A stretch of DNA of 64,000 bases from Adineta vaga (taxonomy: Eukaryota; Animalia; Rotifera), in NCBI GenBank assembly GCA_021613535.1, contig CP075495.1, positions 4,960,001-5,024,000 of the forward strand, read 5' to 3'. Within the stretch, counting starts at the first letter, position 1. Each line of letters opens with the position of its first letter. The position numbers were made by a program, and so were the translations under genes. This document shows, piece after piece, positions 54,910-64,000 of this stretch. Below the pieces are notes generated by a model, which was not told where the DNA came from, ran no database searches, and worked only from the letters and a program-made list of their open reading frames with translations.

Positions 54910-56311
54910 TCATGTCGTTGAATTCGAATGCTGTTGTTTTTTGGCTTGTTGACGTTTTTCAAACCATAACATCCCGTCATTATGATCTTCATCTTCATCA
55001 CTTTCTGAATCAGAGGATTGGATTTGGTTTAAAGATGGACTAATTAGATTAGTTGATGGTTGTTCATGTTGAGCTTTTTCTTGTTGAGGAGCATTAGAAT
55101 TACGCAAATCAATGTAAATTGTTTTGCGCTAAAAAGGAAATTAAGATAATCAAATTAGCGATAAAGTTTTATTTACAAGAATTAGAAAATTTATTTGGAG
55201 TTCACTTAAAATGACCTGATTATTCTTGAAGAAGAAAAAGGACCTTCTTATATACTTGTTAGAACTATTAAACATTTGTCATAGTATTGTTATAGTCAAA
55301 CTGCATGTGAAGATGTTAGACATATTCGACTTCATTTCAAAATCTAGTTTCTTCTCAAGTTTTCCCTACGATATTAAACGTTTCTATTCTGAATTGAATG
55401 TAAAATTACGAATAAATAAATCTTCGTTATGAAGAGTTTATTATTTGTCTAAAAGTTTTGACGTTGATGAAAATAATAAAAGAGAAGAAACAGTTATTCT
55501 TTTTTTCGGATATCTTACTTCTGATTGAGGAATTCCTATTCGTTTTCCATGATGATCAAGATTTTCTTGCGATGCTGCATACAAAGCTGATTCGATGTCT
55601 TGAAATGAATCGTGTTCTCGTGTTAAACGAGATTTTGCATTCATATTGAATTTGTTTGCTTGCTGAGCTAGACGTTCAAGAATTTGTCGATCATCGCGAT
55701 TCTTCGTACTTGTTTGTTGTTGAGATGATGATTGATGATAGTTTACTAGATGAAAAAAAAACTAAATTTGAAAATATTTTTATAACGATATATCTTACTT
55801 GGTCGTGGATGATGAAAAGTACGTGTTATTGTTGTATGTTCAGGATTGGTAGTTGAAGATGATAATTTCTCAAAATCAATTGTATTGAAAATATCCATGG
55901 ATAAAAAGGATGGTTTAGGTGGTGAGCCTTGATTTTCAGTTGAATTATCAACAAAACTAGGAGAAAGACGCAGTTGTGATTCAACACTTGGAGGTTGTTG
56001 AGGTGTTTCAATTCTTGGATGGATTGTCAAAAACGAATTGGTTTGACTATTCGATAATGATTCTAGAAGAGCATCCGTATTTTCGAGATGATTCGATTCA
56101 AACATCTATTAATAAAGATACTATGAATTACGAAATAGTTACAAAATAATAACTTTACTTCTTCGTCAACATCATCTGCTGTAGTATCATTATCATCATC
56201 GTCAAAATTCACACTTGGTAGTTGTAATTGAACTTCAGAAAAGATTTGTTGAATCTGTGATGAAGTATTCAATGGACCAGCTGCAGGTTCTTCATCTTTT
56301 ACAGGTGGCAT
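54910..56311 (-). CDS. Hypothetical low-complexity/disordered protein (about 301 aa); exons 56159-56311, 55799-56105, 55519-55745, 54910-55128
   Basis: Exons splice in frame with GTAA donors; Ser/Gln/acidic-rich; the 390-nt third intron may hide further exons. Confidence 0.65.
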
Positions 56312-57277
56312 TTTATCTTCGACGCAATACGTTTGATTCAGCACTGAGATGCACTTTAAATGTAATAAAGTAAAGACTTCATCGATTTTTTTTCGCCATT
56401 CTCGAAGCATAAACTATAGTAGTGACCACAAAACATGAAACAATGTTTCAGTTAAGATTTTGACGTATATAGTTAATTAAATGATTTGAATTTGTGAATT
56501 TTCAAATTAGTTATAAATAAATCTTCACGAGACAACGATAAAATCTTCGTCCATATGAGGTCACTAGTTATCGTAAACGTTACCAATCAAGTTATTTTGA
56601 ACCTTGAGACTAAACTACTAATCATATGGAGATATGTATAGAAGCCATATGTGAAAAGATTTTCATGACATAAGAAGAAATTACAAAAAAATGATTTAGA
56701 AGTGCGAAAATAATCATTTTTTCATTGATGTAATGATATCGTTTACATAACTCTTCTCGATTCGAATGCGCATACAAGTGAAAAGAAAATTAATTCACAG
56801 GAAATCGAATATCTATATATACTTCTGAATTTTCATATACTGTTATAATTATCATTTCTGTGAATTAACTCTATATGCCAGTATATATATATATATAACA
56901 CGATAAACAGATTTGTGATGGTTAGTATACGAGAGTATATTTTATCTTTATTTTATAATGAAAAAAAAATGCCTCACATACTTGTTTTTTTTTCTTCTTT
57001 GTAATGTATTGGATTTGTAGTATGTCTTCACACTATATTGAAGGACATCATATGATTCGTTTATTATATGGATAAGAAATATTTTGTTCTATCAATAGAA
57101 AATTTCTTTGTCATTTAGATGAGAAAAAGCGAAGTATGTTTGAATAGTTTATTTCCCATATCTTCGATGATAAGTAAAACATAGCTATTCCATTTCGGAT
57201 TTTTTTTTTCTTGTCATCATCTATTATCTAAAGAATAGACATAGAAAATGAATCATGATCGATTTTCTTTTTTCTAG

Positions 57278-59878
57278 ATGTATCTCGGATGGATTGATTA
57301 TGGAGTATTGGCATTGCTTTTATGTATGTTATTATCGAGTAAATCTATCTATCTATTTGTTTAATGATGGTTTATACAGGTTTTTCGATGAGTATTGGTA
57401 TTTATCAAGGTTGTTTTCGATCGAAACAATTAACAACAAATGAGTTTCTCATTGCTGATGGAAGTATGAAGGTAAGAAGAAAAGAATTCATTTATAGAAT
57501 ATAATTGTAATCTTCTTTTCTCTATAGATTTTACCGACAGCAATGAGTTTATTAGCAAGTCTGATGTCGGCAGCAACTCTACTAGGAATTCCTTTAGAAA
57601 TTTATTCGTATGGAACGATATATATCTATTGGTGTAAGTTTATCAAAGTTAATGATCAATTTATTTTCACCGATATTTTTGATAGTTTTTGCTTATTTTA
57701 TTGGAACATATTTTACAGCAAAGTTATTTATTCCACTATTTCGTCAAATAGGAAATTTAAGTATCTATGCAGTACGTATGAATATAGATATGTTCATTGT
57801 TTGAAAAACCTTGTCTTACTTTTTACATAGTATCTTGAACAACGATTTTCTCTAACAACTCGTATTGTAATCACACTAACATATATATTCGTAACTGTCA
57901 GTAATAAACTAAAATCTAACGGATAAGTTCAAAATAACATCTTGTTTTAGCTATTTTATATAGCTGTTATCTTGTATGGACCAAGTTTAGCATTGAGTCA
58001 AGTAACTGGTTTACATATTTGGTTAGCAGTAGGTTCATGTGGACTGATTTGTACAATATATACAAGTATTGTAAGTATTATATTATGTTGTTTATTCGAA
58101 TGATCTGATGAATTAATCAATTGAGGGTGGAATGAAAGCAGTAATATGGACCGATGTAATGCAGACGATCATGATGTTTCTTGGTGTTATTCTATCGATA
58201 ATTATTGGTATGACGAATTTCATTGATGTTTCAAATAAATTTCATTGATCAATAGGTTTTCATGATAGTGGAGGAGTTAGAAATGTTTTTAAAACTGCCA
58301 TCAATGGTAATCGAATACAATTATCAACGTTTGTACATAAAGAAATTCTTCATTCAAATTTGCTTCTTTTTGGTTGAATAAATAGAATAACATTTGATCC
58401 ATCGATTCGATATACTATTTGGAGTATTATTATCGGTGGTGGTCTAAATGCAATCGCTGTATATTCATGTTTACAAACACAAGCACAACGTTATCTTTGT
58501 GTAAAAAGTACAAGAGCAGCACAAAAGTAGATCTTATTTAAATTGAAGAAGGATTGATTGTTCTTATCGATATATTTCAGAGTAGCTTGGGTGAATTTTA
58601 TAATGTGTACAATAATGCTGCTCCTTTGTGTATTAGTTGGATTTCTTCTCTATGCAAAATATAGTCAATGTGATCCTCTCCGAGCAAGATTAATTTCTAA
58701 ACCTGATCAAGTAATCAAAATGAAATGTTTCTATCAGATTTTATTGAAAATTTTCTCTTTAGTTATATCCATTATTTGTTATTCAAACATTAGGTCGATT
58801 TCCTGGTCTGACAGGTTTATTTATTGCTTCAGTTTTAAGTGCCTCATTGAGTACGGTATCCAGTGGTGTGAATAGTATTGTTACAGTTTTTCTTGAAGAT
58901 ATTTATAAGAGAATTGTCAAAAAAGATCTTATGTCTGATAAAAAACAAGCGTTAATTTCGAAATTATTATGTAAATATCGTTGGTTTCTATGAAAAATTG
59001 TTCTATTAATAGATGTCTGTTTGTTTTATCTAGCGATTTTTATTGGACTATTCGTAGTTCTTCTAGCATTTGTTGTATCTTATTTAGGTGATAATATTAT
59101 CGTGGTAAGTAGCAAAGGTTTTTCTTCTCTCAATTTTCATTTGATAATTTTTATAGATAGTTTTTCAAATTTCGGGATCCTTTGCAGCACCAATTTTAGG
59201 TGTTTTTCTAGTGGGATTGTTTATACCAAGAGTAAAAAGTCGGGTATAATTAGATTGAAATTCATCTTCATCTGCAAATGTTAATCTACATATTCATATT
59301 TAGAGTGTATTAATTGCTTTTTTCTGTTGTTTAATCTTTCAAACATGGATACTTCTTGGTGCGACGTTAACTGTCAAACCACAAGTAGGAAAAGGTGGAC
59401 GATTGGCAATATCCGTTAATGCTTGTATGTCAACGTTCAATATTAGTCAATCAATTAGAACAAAGCAAAAGTAGTCTACTTCAATTCCTAAGAATAATCA
59501 AATTTGTTTGTTCAATTATGTAGTTCAAATTTTTTCTTACCACTCTATTCAATATCTGTGATGTGGTATTCATTTAATGGTGTAGTCATTGTCGTTATTA
59601 TCAGTTTATTAGGATCGTTTATCTTGGGTAAGATTTTCCGGAGAGATTGTGAGAAAATCATTTTATTTTTGTCTTGTCTAGATAAAAAAGATTCGAAAAC
59701 AATAGATAGATCTTTATTGCGATCATGGAAAGATTTATTTGTCTGTTATTGGAAAGATAAAGTATCTTTTATGATGTGATTATTTATCGAGTATCTATTC
59801 TTGATTATTTAGGACTTGGAAATTCTGGAAGCAAATCAAACTGAAATGCAACCAGTGGAAAAAGAACCAATGCTATAG
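57278..59878 (+). CDS. SLC5 sodium:solute symporter (SMCT/SMVT-like), 17 exons
   Basis: DY..LAL, EFLIADGSM, MSLLASLMSA, YLEQRFS, GGMKAVIWTDV, QRYL, PGLTGLFIASVLSASLSTVSSGVNS; all 16 introns keep the frame; ends EKEPML. Confidence 0.93.
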
Positions 59879-60167
59879 AAAATTTATTTCTATCCGTAAC
59901 TAAAATATGATTTGAATAAAATCATCAAAAACTATTTCGAAAGGTGTCTCTCTCTCCAATTCTTACTCGATGTTTTCTTTCCATAGAAAGCGAACGTACG
60001 AAGATACTATCGAAATTACATAGTATTCACATCGTTCGTTCAGTTTGAATTGATCTTCCTATCTATTAAACATCTGGTAATGTTTAACACAGTAGAGAAG
60101 AATTGTTTTCATCGGAAAAATTAATTTACTAATATATTTCGTGTCAACTCAAAACAAAAACATATAT

Positions 60168-60767
60168 TCATGCATAAATATTTAATAGTTCAAGTCCTTT
60201 CCAACGTTGTAATGTATTGGTTTGTAAAGAATTCATATTATCGGACAAAATCATTGTTGATCCATGATTGATTTGTTTGATTTTCATATGAATATCTATT
60301 GAACTATTGTAATGTTTATTTGTATTCAATGTCGATCTTGATTCCAAATGACAATCATTATCATCATCATCATCATCATCATTTAAATCAAATGAATCAC
60401 AACTAACATTAAATAATGAAAGATTTGATTGAGCTGTTTGCATAAATAATAAACAACCATCTGTATCATAAATTAAATGTTCTTCATTTTGATGAGAAAT
60501 ATTCGTCATCGATGCAAATATTGACAATTGATTATTGAAATTCTATACGAAAGAAAAATTCTGTTAATATTTCGATGAAGGAATGCATTGAAAAATAAAT
60601 ACCTGTGACATTTCATTCTCTTTATGAGATAATTCTAATTAAAGAAACGAAAAAAAGTGATTCATTATATAAACTTTTACTAATTACTCTTACTTTTTTT
60701 TAAAAAGTCTGGTAAATGTTGATAAAACATGTGTATAATTCTTGATGTCTCCATTATCATATGACAT
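60168..60767 (-). CDS. Small hypothetical protein with poly-Asp tract; exons about 60695-60767, 60603-60634, 60168-60543
   Basis: ATG 60767 (MSYDNGDIKNY...), two short GT-AG introns, in frame to ...RWKGLELLNIYA*. Confidence 0.6.
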
Positions 60768-61102
60768 GGAAACACATTTCTATTCTCTCAATCGATCATT
60801 TTCTTTTCTCTTCTCTTTTTTCTAATTTGAATATTCTAGCCAATCAGTAATTGAATGTTGAAATATGATCTGTCTAGATGTGCTGGTCATGGCACATTCA
60901 TTTCGCAGCAGGATAACATCGATCATCAACGTTTGAATTTTCTCATTTCCGCCTTATCAGAATGTCGAGAGAATATGAACGAGCAAAATAAAAGAAAGGT
61001 CATTTATTACATCTGTTCAAAAATTAGATGTGTGAATTAAATCACATATCAAACGTATTCGTTGATACGTGCTGATCAAGTGGCAATAGATAGAAACATT
61101 TC

Positions 61103-62220
61103 TTAGCGATTAATCATTGTCTCTGTATGATCGGTTTCATCAAATTGATCAGCATATGAATGTTTAATGAAACATTCAATGAACCATTGTTTTAACGGAT
61201 TACAAAGAATCAAACAGATAACAAATGGAAGAAAAATGCAACGAAAATTGTAAACGAATAACATTGTTTGAAGATAGTTCACTTGTGTATCCGAATTGTT
61301 ATAATCGATATCATCGACAATAAAATGTAAGAGTAGTAAAACTAATTCAAATAAAATAACACTCGACGCAAGTGAGAAATAAAATTTTGTATTAACACTT
61401 AATGTTACTAACGAACGTTGTTGAAAACAAGGTAAACAACATTGAGATAGGATCATTCCGACTAAAACTAATGCAATTATTCCGAACATAACATATTCAA
61501 ACCAATATTGCATAATATAGAAGGATATAATTTCTCCATAGGTTCCAATATTCATCAAACGATAACAGTATTGAAATGTCAAGATACTCTCCGCTGAATT
61601 GTAATCCGTATCAGGATTATCTTGACGAAATATTGTATTGTTACTTGATGAATTATTCTTGACGAACTTTATCACTTCATATAATCGAATGAAAAGAATT
61701 AAACAAATACCCAAAACTATTGATAAAAGAAAACCTTTTTGAAATAATAATTTATGTTTAGCCGTACGAAATAGAAATTTTCCTAGGAATTTTGTTGAAA
61801 TTCGTTCAAGACTAAACAATAATGTTAAATAAAGTCCAAATGGTTTTGCAAATGTTGAAACATAGACAATAAAACGACATGAATGAATCGATAAATTTGG
61901 TTCACCTGATCCAGCTAACATATATGGATTAATTAAAATAGAACCCATATTTACTAAACAAATCAGAGAAATAATTAGAAAAAATGGTGTACGTTTTGTT
62001 TGTAATGATGCTGGAGCAAATAAATATAATATTGGAAGAATTAAAGAAACGATTATACCAATAGACCAAGTAAAAAAATAATAATAAAAGAAAATGATTG
62101 AATCAAAACGATCGATTGAACTATAACCGATATAATACGATTTCTAGAGAATTTATATAAATGAGAAAGATATGAGAAGACTTTCTTTTCTATTGAACTT
62201 ACTGCTGCAATCCAATTCAT
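61103..62220 (-). CDS. Divergent rhodopsin-like 7TM GPCR; exons 62203-62220, 61103-62143
   Basis: Seven hydrophobic segments; TM3 C-R-F...FSLER (DRY-equivalent); long ECL2 with Cys; TM7 FLPFVI. Confidence 0.75.
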
Positions 62221-62572
62221 GATGATTGATAGAAAGTTATGTTGTGAATAGATAGGTGGTTTCTTTTTTTTAAAGTTGTGTTCGTAAATGAAACAAGAGA
62301 TAAGAACATGATGATTATTTTAATTGAAAAGAAATTTGAGATAGTTATATAAAATGTATGTTCCTATTGATTCATTGTATGTGATTAATAAATATAAGAA
62401 GTACAAAGATCTAAATATGATGGTTTAAATACTTTGCGTACGTTTCTTTTCATGATGCTATGGGAGAAAAAAACCTAATCTTTCAACTAAAACATACATT
62501 TTATTAGAATAGCTATAAAACAATATCTATTGAAACATGAATTCAAACTGAATGAAAACGTTCTTTTTCCTC

Positions 62573-64000
62573 TCAAAATGAGGTAATAATAGTTGATTGT
62601 GTTAAATCAGCAGGCACCGCTGGTTTTTCATCTTGTACTTTTTTCTTCTTTCGTCGCTCCTTAATATCAATAATTGTGTAACATATCATAGATACTGTAA
62701 GTACGCATATTAGAATAGCATGCGCATATTTAATACGTATTCGTGGAGTATAAACATAAGCAATAACATATCCAAGTGATTCCCATAGACGAAAATTCGA
62801 AAATGCTGATTCATGTTCTGTAAATAAAACACCATATGTTGCACTAACTATTTACAATAAAGAGAAGTGTAAAGATTATTTAGTTTTTGAAAAACTTTCT
62901 TTACTTTGTGTTTGCCAACAACCATCTGCTATTCCCCATAAACCAGCGAGAATAAAAAATACCCATAATTGATTTTCTCGTGGCACCCAAAGAAGCATAG
63001 TTATGATTAATGCATAATTAATTATAGCAGCCAAAATAAGACAATATATTCGATCAATATGTTTAGCAATATAACCAAAACTAAAACTACTCAATGCATC
63101 ACATATACCAAAAACGATCATGATTAGACCAACGTATTTAATTCCAACAGCACAGGTTATAAAGCCCTAAAAACGAATCATTTGATTTACATGAAATTAA
63201 ATTTAGAATATTACTTTTGTGAATTGTGCAGCGATATAGGTTTGTTCAAAACCAGACCAAAGAGTAAATGGAATTAATAAAATTTGATTAGGATGTTTCA
63301 AATGTTTAAATGTTGAAGCCAAATGACTCAATGAATTCTTCAACGATCCTTTAATTCCACCTAGATTGTATTCAATTCATACTTTCAAGAATGTTTACTC
63401 AAAATAATCAAACATGTGACACTAACCTTTTGATTTTGTTTTTGTTCGTCTTTGATCAAGTAGAACACCAACTAGAATAATACTTGCTACAGCTAAACCA
63501 ATATAGATATAACATAATGTAAAGACCTTCAATAATAAATAAAATAGATCATTTCATTATTTTTCAAATGTAGATGACTTCATACTAGTTTCCTTGGTAC
63601 AGGATCATTCTCGACACCATGAAATTCTTTTTCTAAGAATTGTGCACCACATTGATATTCATTAACTATTGTACTTGCATTTGTTGAATCATTTGAATAC
63701 GATTTTTGAACAAGACTATCGGTTGATTCTCCATTATCAAGTGTTGGTTTTGGTGTCGGTCGTAAGACTAAATAACTGATCAGATTACCCCATATTTGAC
63801 CTTGTCACAAAACAAATCAAAAACATAAATACATGACTCATTGAATTCAATCAGTTTGTCATACTCGTTTGAAAACAAGCAAAGAATATACCAAAAAATT
63901 GTGTGACACCCGTGGCAGATTGTTTTCCTTTTGACTCGGCATTGAGCATTCCAATTTGTGTTACATACGCACCTTGAGATGTCCATAATGGTGCGCCAGC
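62573..64000 (-). CDS. unc-93: UNC-93-like MFS membrane protein, 3' part (5' end outside window)
   Basis: GAPLWTSQGAY, FFGIFFACFQTSQIWGNLISY, LLIPFTLWSGFEQ, FITCAVG, LWGIADGCWQTQ, AFSNFRLWESLGY. Confidence 0.92.

Noticed and set aside
55255-55365. Decayed exon inside intron 3 of the 54910-56311 gene
   Set aside because: Six stops in 37 codons; cannot be distinguished from random sequence without a homolog
1-64000. tRNA, rRNA, spliced-leader genes, telomeric arrays, CRISPR, hammerhead ribozymes, clear horizontally acquired bacterial genes
   Set aside because: No recognisable signature by eye; tRNAscan, Rfam and alien-index searches would be needed to exclude them

Overview
AT-rich eukaryotic (animal) genomic DNA with very short GT-AG introns (mostly about 45-65 nt). 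Intron size and the NHL/EGF gene type suggest a bdelloid rotifer (inference). About 15 protein-coding genes can be assembled by hand: a meteorin-like secreted CUB protein, a CD36/LIMP-2 scavenger receptor, an NHL+mucin+EGF+TM protein, a Fasciclin-2/NCAM-like Ig-FN3 adhesion molecule, a RING-less TRAF, a Kunitz protein, an innexin, an SLC5 symporter, a divergent GPCR, an UNC-93-like MFS protein and several hypotheticals. Highlights: (1) an intact, 7-intron Zator-type DDE transposase gene with no visible TIRs (domestication candidate); (2) a cluster of frame-preserving micro-exons and alternative PDZ-type tails in the Fas2/NCAM gene; (3) at least three alternative in-frame ATG-led first exons giving different innexin N-termini, one with a His6 tract; (4) single-base deficits breaking Fas2 and innexin (and probably the NHL-EGF gene), either consensus errors or a decaying haplotype; (5) decayed gene remnants, including a CFAP97-domain-like pseudogene. 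No tRNA, rRNA or CRISPR was recognised. All gene models and family calls are manual, with no database search.
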